This document shows, one piece after another, positions 8,702 to 17,979 of a stretch of 64,000 nucleotides of DNA. The notes below the pieces were generated by a model. That model was not told the origin of the DNA. It did no database searches and saw only the letters and a list, made by a program, of their open reading frames with translations. The stretch's first letter is position 1; each line of letters opens with the position of its first letter. The stretch is taken from positions 5,729 to 69,728 of the forward strand of contig MHXZ01000078.1 in assembly GCA_001825665.1 (NCBI GenBank). Reading direction: 5' to 3'. Made by a program: the position numbers and the translations under genes. Source of the stretch: Planctomycetes bacterium GWF2_41_51. Lineage in GTDB: Bacteria; Planctomycetota; Phycisphaerae; Sedimentisphaerales; UBA12454.

Positions 8702-10104
8702 ACTTTTTGACCCGATTCGATTTTCAGATTTATTTTTTTCGATGCGATGTCTTCTGCGCTTAATGCGAAGGACGGCGCAATTTCGATTTGGCAATCTATG
8801 GAACCATCAGGCTTTTTGGGGATTTTTATTCCGGCGTTTTCGAGCCATTCGGCAGCGCGTTCAACCATCATTCGCTTTGTAACAGCGGGACTATCGGCGC
8901 CTTCTGCGTTTTTCACAGGCGCAAATTCATCACTGCGGATTGTTTCGAGAATTATTGATTCTTTCGCAAGAGGTAATGCGTCGAACACAAAAGTTTCGAG
9001 CTTTATGCCATTGGGCTTTTCAGGTTTTATAATTTTGCCGCTTGTTGTATCTACATAAGGAATCTTTTTAACAGCCCTGTGATATGGCAGCGCAAAACCT
9101 TTGGCGTTGAGTCTTTCAATAAAAGTTCTGCTAATAATATGAATAGCGATACTGCCAAGCGCGAAAACAAGCGAACCATCAGGATTTTTCTTATACGCAA
9201 GCTCATCGGGCAAATCGCTGTACTCGATGACAGTTACTTTGCCGTCACCAAGGCAGAAATTGCCGACCTTTTCGAGAGGTTCACATTTAGTCAGATATTT
9301 CGACGACATTTCAGCATCGTCAATCGCGTGCAGGCCGATAAAGAGAGGGTCGAAAATATTTATCAGCGGATTATCCACCTGGAAATAACTGATATGTTCG
9401 ATGCCGAGCTTTTTCATTTCCGCAACTGCGCCGCTTTTGTAAAGCGCTTTTAAACTTCCGCCATGGCCGTCGGGGGATGTCGCAAGAGTATCTTTTTCAG
9501 CAAGCAGAATTTTGCCATCTGTTGAGTAATTTACTTCCGTACCCTGCTGGAAAAAGAAAACGTTCTGTTCTTTCAGGCCGTAGAAATTATTCGATTTGAA
9601 AATTTTGCGGGTCGGCTCATCATTGAGCGGGCTTGTCATTATGTACCAGTGAGGCTGGAAACCATATTTTATGCCGGCGGCTTTAATCGATTCGGCAAAA
9701 ATCTGGAACAATGTTTTGTTTTTAATCGGACTGACTTTGAAATCGCCTTTGGGACCATCGAAACCGAGCCTTGTGCCCTGCCCGCCTGCGACGACAAAAG
9801 CGGCGACTTTGCCTTTCGATAAAAGTTCCTCACCAAGCTTTTTCGCTTTGGCAAATTTTTCCTTATGTTCCGGCGTCTGCGGTATCGCAGGATACACCGG
9901 AGCTGGTTCTATTTTGGAAGGCAGTTTTGTCGGCGCAGAATTCTTTACGTATTCCTGAATCTTGGAATCAAGAGAGTTAAAATCTATCTGCCCAATCTGG
10001 TCGAGGAGTTTTTCTCTTGAGCTTTCATCAAGCTCGTTCCAGAATGTCAAAAGATGCTGCTGATTATGTTTTTTTGATTTCTCTAAAGTCTGTTCATAAT
10101 TCAT
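8689..10104 (-). CDS. UDPGP family UDP-sugar pyrophosphorylase (eukaryote-type UAP1-like)
   Basis: AAFVVAGGQGTRLGFDGPKG nucleotide-binding loop and a length of 471 aa, typical of the UDPGP type 1 family. Its 3' end overlaps the araC-like gene by 13 nt (convergent). Confidence 0.8.
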   Translation of the reverse strand: MNYEQTLEKSKKHNQQHLLTFWNELDESSREKLLDQIGQIDFNSLDSKIQEYVKNSAPTKLPSKIEPAPVYPAIPQTPEHKEKFAKAKKLGEELLSKGKVAAFVVAGGQGTRLGFDGPKGDFKVSPIKNKTLFQIFAESIKAAGIKYGFQPHWYIMTSPLNDEPTRKIFKSNNFYGLKEQNVFFFQQGTEVNYSTDGKILLAEKDTLATSPDGHGGSLKALYKSGAVAEMKKLGIEHISYFQVDNPLINIFDPLFIGLHAIDDAEMSSKYLTKCEPLEKVGNFCLGDGKVTVIEYSDLPDELAYKKNPDGSLVFALGSIAIHIISRTFIERLNAKGFALPYHRAVKKIPYVDTTSGKIIKPEKPNGIKLETFVFDALPLAKESIILETIRSDEFAPVKNAEGADSPAVTKRMMVERAAEWLENAGIKIPKKPDGSIDCQIEIAPSFALSAEDIASKKINLKIESGQKVYLE

Positions 10105-10108
10105 GTTG

Positions 10109-11254
10109 TTAATCCTGTATAAGATTATTTATAAACCATTCGAGATTGCAGGATACTGTTTTTCCATTATCAATGCAATCATTTGTTCTGCTTATAAGAA
10201 TCTGTTTTTTTGCGGCAATCAAATCTGAAACCTTATTCAGCTTTTTTATATCATCAGTATTTGGAGAAGCGGTTAATTTTACTTCAATCGTCCATATTTC
10301 CTTTCCGAAGTCCAGTACAAGGTCAATTTCATATTGGTCGCTTGTCCGTAAAAAATACGCTTCAAATTTTTTATCGGCAGCTTTTAAATTATTTATTACC
10401 TGTTCAATTATAAATCCTTCCCAGCTTGTCCCTACCCAGGGCTGGTTCAGCAATTCGTTTTCAGAAGTTATATTATTTATTGAATGAAGCAAACCGCTGT
10501 CTCGCCAATAAATTTTTGGCGATTTGACAATTCTTTTTTTCAGGTTTGAATAGAAAGGCTGCAATCGCCTGATCAAAAATGCTCCTTCAAGATAATCTAA
10601 ATAACTATTCACTGTCTTGTAAGATAAATCAAGACTCTTGCCGACCAGCGAAGCATTAAAATTCTGACCGTTCAATGCCGCGAGCATTTTCATCAGTCTG
10701 TTTGTCATTTGCGGCTGCGCAGGTAATCCCCAATCCGGCAAATCCCTCGAAATCAACAAATTCAGATAATTATTTTGCCAATCGGGATAATTCTTTGAAT
10801 CCAAAATCCCACCGTCAGGATACCCGCCGTAAAACCATAAATTATCACTGCGGTCTTTTGGAATTTCACTCCATAGAAAAGGCGTCAATTCAAGAATCGC
10901 CATTCTTCCGGCAAGCGACTCTGACACAAACTTCATTAGATATGGAGACACCGAACCAAGCAAAAGAAATCTTCCGTTTCGTTTTCTGTCATTATCAATC
11001 GCCCCTCTCAATTTCTTAAAAACTTCAGGCGATTCCTGCGCCTCATCGAGGATGATAATTTTATCCTGTTTAATTAAGGTTTCCCACTGCAAATCCAGAC
11101 TTAATCTATCTCCATCTTGCTCAAGGTCAAAATATATGCCGCCAAGTGATTTTGCTAATGTAGTTTTTCCGGTTTGTCGTGAACCCACCAAGGCGACAGC
11201 CGGGAATGCTTGCAGCCTGCTTTTTAATATGTCTTTAATCTTGCGTTTAATCAT
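10109..11254 (-). CDS. AAA+ ATPase with DUF4143-type C-terminal domain
   Basis: Walker A GSRQTGKTT and Walker B IIILDEAQ. Length and C-terminal layout fit the AAA_14/DUF4143 family. Confidence 0.8.
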   Translation of the reverse strand: MIKRKIKDILKSRLQAFPAVALVGSRQTGKTTLAKSLGGIYFDLEQDGDRLSLDLQWETLIKQDKIIILDEAQESPEVFKKLRGAIDNDRKRNGRFLLLGSVSPYLMKFVSESLAGRMAILELTPFLWSEIPKDRSDNLWFYGGYPDGGILDSKNYPDWQNNYLNLLISRDLPDWGLPAQPQMTNRLMKMLAALNGQNFNASLVGKSLDLSYKTVNSYLDYLEGAFLIRRLQPFYSNLKKRIVKSPKIYWRDSGLLHSINNITSENELLNQPWVGTSWEGFIIEQVINNLKAADKKFEAYFLRTSDQYEIDLVLDFGKEIWTIEVKLTASPNTDDIKKLNKVSDLIAAKKQILISRTNDCIDNGKTVSCNLEWFINNLIQD

Positions 11255-11397
11255 TCTTACATTTTAGAAATTGATTTCTATTTTGCAAGAAAAATTTTAA
11301 CTACTTTTTAAACAAGGAGTTACGCTTTTGCTAACCTATTGATTTTCTGTTTTCTAACAGAATTCGCCCAAAAACGACTCCTGACACCGTTTTTTTC

Positions 11398-13848
11398 TTA
11401 TGCACTGGGTTTTCTATTTTTAGAACAGAATTCGCCCATAAGCTGCATTGCGACATTGAGATTTTCATTTGAGCCGTCCAAATTGGCGTACGCTTCGACA
11501 AGTTTGACCAAATCCGGGTCGGCGGGGACGCTTCCGAGATGATGAGAAGCATTTACGATACCTGCATCAAGACCATAACGCATCGCAACTTCGACATACG
11601 CCCTTGTTACTCCGATTTTTCTTGCGGGCAGGTCGCGAACACTGTTTGTAACGCCAAGCGAGAAATGACAATCCTTCAGAAGCGGGTCTGTCTTAATTCG
11701 CTTAATCGTGTTGAACGTTCTATAAGTATAACCCGGTACGCCCGGCATCATCGGCATATCAATCGCAAGCGGGAACACTGTCGAATCGAAGAATATTTCT
11801 TCCGCCTTGAATCCGTGTTTAATTGCCGCATCATAAATCTTTTTCGCAAGATTATATAAATCATCCACACTATCTGTGGCTTCTTTGGCTTCGTTGATTA
11901 GCAGGCCGATAAATTTATAATCGTAATGCTTTTTCAGCGGCATCATATTATCAATGGTATAAATTTTTATGGAGTTAATCAGCGGCGGCTGAACCTTATC
12001 ATTTGTGTCGTACCATTCTTTCAGGCCTGCGATGAGAACATTATCGTCGCTGCTGTCAACGCAAACCGGAACGCCCCTGCCGAATTTTCGCACGAGCTTG
12101 ACATATTCTTTCATAAGCTTAACGGCAAGTGTCGGGTCTGTCTCGCCGAACTGATCGATATTCACCGCAATATAATCGGCACCATCAGCAGCCTGCGATT
12201 CTACAAGAGCTATAACATATTGAAGCTCCGGGCTGTCTTTACTGAAGCAGTCATCGCCAAGCTCGAGAAGCTGTTTCATTACCTGACCGGTTTTTGGAAT
12301 CGAAGCGTGAATGGCTTCGCCGATGTTTATAATCGCGTTTTTCATTGTATGGTCCCTGCCAAAAAGATAATTCGGTATCGACGCTGAATGTTCAAGAGCG
12401 GGTATTCGCGGCTTGTTAATTGTTCTTCTCAATTTTTCAAGCCCGCCTTGTTCAGCACCTGCCGCTTTGTAGATTCTATCGCCGATACAAATTCTGTCGA
12501 GATTATTTCCGCATTTTCCTTCCGCAGTCGAATCGCCGCAGGGTGCGTTGTCCATACCTTTTTCGCAGCCGCCGATTGTGCAAAGACTGAAATTCTCCGG
12601 CAGGTAGCAATCGCCGCACTCTTCGCAGTCGAACAAGCAATATTTCATAGGCTTTTCGAGCATAAAGAAACTCTTATATACAAAACCTTTGCCTTTATCT
12701 GCTCCGAAAAATTTCATTGTCTTTTTGAACCAGTGAAACCCTTTATGGTCAGGGTCAAGAATCGCCCAGTGCATAAAGTTGAAGAATCGATGGCCGTTTG
12801 TTTTGGGATAGTCGGAAAGTCTGGCTTTAGTTCCTGCTTCATCATAAAGATAAAACGGTCTTCTCGCCGGCCAGCAGAGATTGTCTTTGAATTGCTGCCA
12901 GCCATCGCCTATTTCCGCCGCACGTTTGAGAATTTTGATAAACATTTCATAATCGTGAACGCCGCCAACATCCACACCCGCGGCGCCGATAGATTTATAC
13001 ATCGCAACCTGTTGAGCCGCGCGTTCGATATGCTCATCGAGAGTTTCGGAATATACTTTCGCAAGCAAATCATCACTGACAAAACAGCCGGGCAGTTTTA
13101 TATCGTGCATCAGCCGCGGCGCAGGCGTGATTGTGCTCAGAAGATAAACGTTTCCGAGCACAGGCACGTCTATATTATTCTCTTTCAGATAGCGCACAAG
13201 TTCTACAGATTTTTTCCAGTCCCAGCCGACCTGCGTAATCAGGAATTTCGCACCGCGTGCGATTTTTTTCTCCATCTTGAAATACTGCTGCATCTGGGAT
13301 TCTTCATTATATTTGAATGGCGAAACAGCCGCACCGGCGAAAAATTGTTTCGTAGCGGCAAGATTCTCCGCCTTTGCCGACAAATAAGCTTCATTATTAA
13401 TGCGGTTTATTTTTTCAATAAGCCCTACCGATTCAAGCTCAAACACTCCTTTTGCCGAAACGGGTTTGTCGCCTGTCAGCGCAAGAACGCTTTCGACACC
13501 GGCACTGCGATGAGCAGCCAAAAGACTCGTCAGCGCATCAGCGTTCATATCCTTACAGCTAATGTGCGGAATGAAATCCAGATTGCCGAGCAGATTTTTA
13601 CTAACCAGGAAACGATTAACATCGGAAGGTTCTATGTTTGCGACTCCGCCCGGACTTTGCGGGTTGGTTATGCCGACAAAGTTAAATCCCTCTGGAATAT
13701 CTTTGCCGCCGTTTGTGCTGAAAGCCGTGAGAAATTTTTGAATTGGTGCGAAACTGAAATTCGGTCCGCCGACAAGTTCTGCGACAATAACAAAGCCTTC
13801 TCTTTTGGTTAGCGCCTGACTTAATCTTTTTTTGCCCGTTGTTTGCAT
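11398..13848 (-). CDS. fusion: methylenetetrahydrofolate reductase (MetF-like) + Cys-rich MTHFR_C (MetV-like) + pterin-binding (MeTr/MetH-like) domain
   Basis: 816 aa. N-terminal MTHFR barrel; central CEECGDCYLPENFSLCTIGGCEKGMDNAPCGD; C-terminal pterin-binding motifs (INIGE, DYIAVNID, VPVCVDSS, INSI, FDSTVFPLA, SLGVTNSV, GLDAGIVNA). AAGGA ribosome-binding site. Confidence 0.8.
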   Translation of the reverse strand: MQTTGKKRLSQALTKREGFVIVAELVGGPNFSFAPIQKFLTAFSTNGGKDIPEGFNFVGITNPQSPGGVANIEPSDVNRFLVSKNLLGNLDFIPHISCKDMNADALTSLLAAHRSAGVESVLALTGDKPVSAKGVFELESVGLIEKINRINNEAYLSAKAENLAATKQFFAGAAVSPFKYNEESQMQQYFKMEKKIARGAKFLITQVGWDWKKSVELVRYLKENNIDVPVLGNVYLLSTITPAPRLMHDIKLPGCFVSDDLLAKVYSETLDEHIERAAQQVAMYKSIGAAGVDVGGVHDYEMFIKILKRAAEIGDGWQQFKDNLCWPARRPFYLYDEAGTKARLSDYPKTNGHRFFNFMHWAILDPDHKGFHWFKKTMKFFGADKGKGFVYKSFFMLEKPMKYCLFDCEECGDCYLPENFSLCTIGGCEKGMDNAPCGDSTAEGKCGNNLDRICIGDRIYKAAGAEQGGLEKLRRTINKPRIPALEHSASIPNYLFGRDHTMKNAIINIGEAIHASIPKTGQVMKQLLELGDDCFSKDSPELQYVIALVESQAADGADYIAVNIDQFGETDPTLAVKLMKEYVKLVRKFGRGVPVCVDSSDDNVLIAGLKEWYDTNDKVQPPLINSIKIYTIDNMMPLKKHYDYKFIGLLINEAKEATDSVDDLYNLAKKIYDAAIKHGFKAEEIFFDSTVFPLAIDMPMMPGVPGYTYRTFNTIKRIKTDPLLKDCHFSLGVTNSVRDLPARKIGVTRAYVEVAMRYGLDAGIVNASHHLGSVPADPDLVKLVEAYANLDGSNENLNVAMQLMGEFCSKNRKPSA

Positions 13849-14333
13849 AATTTCATCCTTATTATTACAACATACCTATAATAATAAATTTATGTTCTGA
13901 GGCTATACTATTTACAATGCTTTTTTGACACAATCCTGCTGTTATGAATTCCAAAAATTACCGAAATTGCCCCTTGTTTGCCTTGTGGATAACGTGTTGA
14001 AAACATTAAAACAATGTTAAAATAAATACTTTGCATAATTAAGAGAATTTATGGCCTATATTTATAATAACCAGCATCTCAAATTAGTTGAAATACCCAA
14101 AAACTGCCCGCCCTATAAGTTATTACAAGTAATATACTTATAAACAGTAAATTTTCCCGTAAAGAAGATAAGGGCGATAGTGTTAAATTCTGTCATAGGT
14201 TAGTATTCAAATTATATGCCAGAATTCCAAATTTTTCTTTTGGAGTAGGGAAGTGGAAAACTCATAGTTTTGATTTCGTCTATAGCCCATTAGATATAAA
14301 TAACTTATATTCGGACCTTACTTTTAAAATTTA

Positions 14334-15380
14334 TTAAATATATTTTTCGATTCGCTGTTTCAGCTCTTTACAAACCTCGCCGGGATCATTTGCATTGCAA
14401 ACACACGAAGACACCGCAATTCTTTTTGCACCCGCACGAAGAACATCATCAATATTCTCCAATGTGATTCCGCCAATCGCAACCGCTTCAATATTTTTAT
14501 CTTTCAGATACTCGACAGCTTTGGAAACGTAATCCAAACCGCAAATCTCTACCTGTTGTTTTGTATTGGTCGAAAAAACTGAGCCGGCACCGACATAATG
14601 CAGTTTCTGGTCGGCAGCAGATGCAAGCTCGGTCATGGAATGCGTACTCATACCAATTATTAAAGGTTTCAACTGCATCTTTCTGATTTCATCGGCAGGC
14701 AAATCATTTTGGCCGAGATGAACACCATCAGCATCGGCGGCAATCGCAATATCCGCCCTGTCGTTAATAATGCTGATAACATTATTCTGCTTACAGATAT
14801 GGACAAATTCCCGTGCAAGCGGCAAAAGTTCGCTATCGCAAATTTCCTTCGCCCTTAATTGCAGACAATCCGCTCCGCCTGATGCACAACTTTGTGCAAT
14901 TTTTAAAGCGTCCATTCCATTTTGTACCGTGATAATGCAGTAAAGTCTTGCCTTGCTGAATTTTACCGCTGGAAATCCGTAGATAGATATATTTTTTTCT
15001 AATGTGTAACAGTCGTATCGTAATTTTTCGAATTCGCCCGCAAGCTCGCTGTTTATAACAGATACTGCTTCGCTGATCGCTCGAAGCGCTTCGGTAGTTC
15101 TTGCCAGTCCTGCGGTTACACAATCCTCAAGACTTTCGCGTTTCATCTGCTCGGCAATCTGCACACCGCACCCGACATCGTTTTCGGTATCGCGGGATGA
15201 AATGAGCTTTTGCGTATCGAGTTTTGAAACTGCGGAACTTAATCTATGGCGACACTGTTTACATTCTGTCGCCAATTGTTCATTGTCCAGAGCAAACCGG
15301 CAGAATTCCTCCGCAATGCGCAACCCTTCACGCGCCCTGTTATAATTAGCATCAACAATTCTGTAAATCGCTCGATTCAT
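14334..15380 (-). CDS. thiE: thiamine-phosphate synthase with N-terminal extension of about 135 aa
   Basis: C-terminal ThiE barrel motifs (LQLRAK, INDRADIA, DGVHLGQNDL, AIGGI). Confidence 0.85.
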   Translation of the reverse strand: MNRAIYRIVDANYNRAREGLRIAEEFCRFALDNEQLATECKQCRHRLSSAVSKLDTQKLISSRDTENDVGCGVQIAEQMKRESLEDCVTAGLARTTEALRAISEAVSVINSELAGEFEKLRYDCYTLEKNISIYGFPAVKFSKARLYCIITVQNGMDALKIAQSCASGGADCLQLRAKEICDSELLPLAREFVHICKQNNVISIINDRADIAIAADADGVHLGQNDLPADEIRKMQLKPLIIGMSTHSMTELASAADQKLHYVGAGSVFSTNTKQQVEICGLDYVSKAVEYLKDKNIEAVAIGGITLENIDDVLRAGAKRIAVSSCVCNANDPGEVCKELKQRIEKYI

Positions 15381-15429
15381 TGCATCACTTTAAAGGGCAA
15401 TCCCGCCCGATACAAGGGAAAATTGATAA

Positions 15430-15457
15430 TTGACACATCGTCTTTTATCGCTATAAG
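15430..15457 (+). promoter_or_regulatory. candidate sigma70 promoter for ackA
   Basis: TTGACA, 16-nt spacer, TATAAG, about 40 nt upstream of the GTG start. Confidence 0.4.
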
Positions 15458-15495
15458 TGGTTGTTTTAACTTACATTATTAAAGGATAGTATACA

Positions 15496-16686
15496 GTGAA
15501 AATATTGGTCATCAATGCCGGCAGCAGTTCGATTAAGTATCAATTATTCGAAATGCCTGCCGAGAAAGTACTTGCAAAAGGTCTTCTTGAAAAAATCGGA
15601 GAAGAAACATCAAAGCTCACCCACACATCGGACACAAAAGAACATAAAATAGAAACAAAAGCCGCCGACCATTCCGAAGGTATGAAATTAATTCTTAATA
15701 CTCTCGTCGATCCGAACATCGGCGTTATCAAAGATATTTCAGAAATTAACGCAGTCGGCCACAGGGTCGTGCACGGCGGCGAGGAATTTACAGATTCGTG
15801 CATCATCAACGAACATGTAATTGGTTCGATTGAAAGATTTGCGGATTTGGCCCCGCTTCATAATCCGCCAAACCTCACCGGCATCAAGGCCGCTCAAAAA
15901 GCTTTGCCTGAGGTCGCGCAGGTCGCCTGTTTTGATACGGCATTTCATACCTCGATTCCGCAGACTGCATTTATTTATGCGCTGCCTTTCGAGATTTATG
16001 AAAAATACCGCGTGAGAAAATATGGTTTCCACGGCACAAGTCATAAATATGTTGCCCAGCGAGCCGCAGTACTGCTTGGAAAAAGAACTGACAAAGCAAA
16101 TCTTATTACCTGCCATCTCGGCAACGGCTGTTCGATGGCCGCTGTCAAAAACGGCAAAAGCGTCGATACTTCAATGGGACTTACTCCGCTGGAAGGTCTG
16201 GTAATGGGAACACGCACCGGCGATTTCGACCCGGCGATTCTCTTTTATCTCTCCGACAAAGGCTACAGTATTGATGATTTAAATTCGATGTGCAATAAAA
16301 AAAGCGGACTGCTCGGCATCTCCGGCGTTTCAAACGATATGAGAAATCTCCGCGCACAGGCCGAAGCGGGCAACAAGAGAGCACAACTCGCTTTCGATAT
16401 TTTCTGCTACAGAATCAAAAAATACATCGGCACATATACTGCTGTTGTCGGCAGACTTGACGCGATAGTCTTCACAGGCGGAATCGGCGAAAACGCCGCG
16501 GACGCCAGAGCACAGTCGTGCAGCGAACTTGAGCAAATTGGTGTTGAAATCGATTCAGCGGCAAATGAAAAAACAATCCGAAAAGAAGGAACCATAAGTT
16601 CTGCGAATTCGAGAGTGAAAGTTTTCGTTATCCCGACAAATGAAGAACTTGCGATAGCTCAGGATACGTTCTCTTTGGCAAAATAA
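15496..16686 (+). CDS. ackA: acetate kinase
   Basis: MKILVINAGSSSIKYQLF N-terminus and full-length acetate kinase motifs. GTG start with AAAGGA ribosome-binding site. Confidence 0.95.
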   Translation: MKILVINAGSSSIKYQLFEMPAEKVLAKGLLEKIGEETSKLTHTSDTKEHKIETKAADHSEGMKLILNTLVDPNIGVIKDISEINAVGHRVVHGGEEFTDSCIINEHVIGSIERFADLAPLHNPPNLTGIKAAQKALPEVAQVACFDTAFHTSIPQTAFIYALPFEIYEKYRVRKYGFHGTSHKYVAQRAAVLLGKRTDKANLITCHLGNGCSMAAVKNGKSVDTSMGLTPLEGLVMGTRTGDFDPAILFYLSDKGYSIDDLNSMCNKKSGLLGISGVSNDMRNLRAQAEAGNKRAQLAFDIFCYRIKKYIGTYTAVVGRLDAIVFTGGIGENAADARAQSCSELEQIGVEIDSAANEKTIRKEGTISSANSRVKVFVIPTNEELAIAQDTFSLAK

Positions 16687-16733
16687 CCAAAAGCCCTCAA
16701 TTTCATATTGGGGGTTATCAAAAGGAGACAAAT

Positions 16734-17372
16734 ATGAAAAAAGCTCTTATACTTTCGATTGCGCTGCTTTTCGCGGCAGGCTGTGATAGCGTTTATTACG
16801 GCACGATGGAAAAATTCGGCAAACACAAACGAGACATTCTCGTTGACCGTGTAGAAGAAGCCCGTGATTCGCAGGAGCAGACCAAAGAGCAATTCGCATC
16901 GGCGCTCGAAAAATTCAAGAGCGTTGTGAACGTCCCGACTGGAAAGCTTCAGGTTAAATATGATACGCTCAAAGCAGAGTTCGATGAAAGCGAAGCTAAA
17001 GCAGCGGCAGTAAAGAAAAGAATTGCCGATGTCGAAGAAGTCGCAAAAGACCTTTTCACAGAATGGAAAGACGAGCTTGAGCAGTATAAAAATCGTGAAT
17101 TGAAATCATCAAGCCAAAAACAACTTGACGAAACCCGCAAGAGATATAACGAAATGATCGCCGCGATGAAAAGAGCGGAAAGCAGAATTGAACCGGTGCT
17201 CTCGGCTTTCCGCGACCAGGTTTTATTTCTCAAACACAACTTGAACGCACAAGCCATCGCTTCACTTCAAACTGAAGTTACCACGATGGAAACAGATATC
17301 GGCAGATTGATAGAGGAAATGGAAAAATCAATTGCCGAAGCCGACAGCTTCATCAAAAATATGAAAGAATAA
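16734..17372 (+). CDS. DUF2959 family lipoprotein
   Basis: Lipobox LLFAAGC followed by YYGTMEKFGKHKRDILVDRVEEARDSQ, typical of DUF2959. Confidence 0.7.
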   Translation: MKKALILSIALLFAAGCDSVYYGTMEKFGKHKRDILVDRVEEARDSQEQTKEQFASALEKFKSVVNVPTGKLQVKYDTLKAEFDESEAKAAAVKKRIADVEEVAKDLFTEWKDELEQYKNRELKSSSQKQLDETRKRYNEMIAAMKRAESRIEPVLSAFRDQVLFLKHNLNAQAIASLQTEVTTMETDIGRLIEEMEKSIAEADSFIKNMKE

Positions 17373-17382
17373 AAAAGAGCAT

Positions 17383-17979
17383 TTGAAAATGAACAACAAC
17401 TGTATTTTAACGGTTGTACCTTCCAAATGGCTTTGCCGGCTGAAAATTCTTTTCTCGTTTCTTGCATTTACGTTTCTTTTTTGCACAATTTATCTTATCG
17501 CAGCAGAACTGTTCACTTCTCTTAAACTTATATTTATAGATAATATTATAACCTTCTTAGATGTCGGGCTGCTGTTTTTTTTTATACTGCTGCTTTTATT
17601 GTTGTTTTTTTATGCAAAATTATTAAGTCTCTCGATAAAATTTTATAAAACAAAAATGGAATTTTTTGATGATTATATTGTTTTCACAAACAAAAGCGGA
17701 TTTCAGTATAAAATCAGCAAATCAGACACAAAGTATATATTTGCGCTGAAGAGAAAAACCTCGATCATATTTCAAAATGAACAACTTCTTTATTTTGTTT
17801 TTTCCGAAAAAGTTTACGGAAGCAAACAATTAAAAAACATCAATGAATATTTCAGTAAATCAGATATTTATTTCGATGATAAAACGCAAATCAGAAAGAT
17901 AATTAAAGATAATAATCTGCAAAAATCGTTTCACATAAAGAATAGCATTAACAATATAGTAACCAAAAAATCTGTGTAA
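17383..17979 (+). CDS. hypothetical membrane protein (very AT-rich orphan)
   Basis: Two predicted TM helices followed by a soluble tail. Composition is markedly more AT-rich than the neighbours. Contains a T9 run at 17575-17583. Confidence 0.45.
   Translation: MKMNNNCILTVVPSKWLCRLKILFSFLAFTFLFCTIYLIAAELFTSLKLIFIDNIITFLDVGLLFFFILLLLLLFFYAKLLSLSIKFYKTKMEFFDDYIVFTNKSGFQYKISKSDTKYIFALKRKTSIIFQNEQLLYFVFSEKVYGSKQLKNINEYFSKSDIYFDDKTQIRKIIKDNNLQKSFHIKNSINNIVTKKSV

Noticed and set aside
12388-13812. 474-aa ORF on the plus strand
   Set aside because: It lies entirely antisense to the well-supported 816-aa MTHFR-fusion gene. The product is low-complexity with no motifs and there is no ribosome-binding site. 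This is a typical shadow ORF.
13849-14333. Possible oriC (AT-rich, DnaA box, near mnmG/gidA)
   Set aside because: There is only one consensus DnaA box. No dnaA or dnaN is adjacent and there is no leading-strand gene-orientation switch. The evidence is insufficient for an origin call.
15381-15495. TPP riboswitch upstream of thiE
   Set aside because: The spacer is only 115 nt and lacks the conserved CUGAGA / ACCUGAUCUGGAUAAUGCCAGCG-type elements. It contains the divergent ackA promoter instead.
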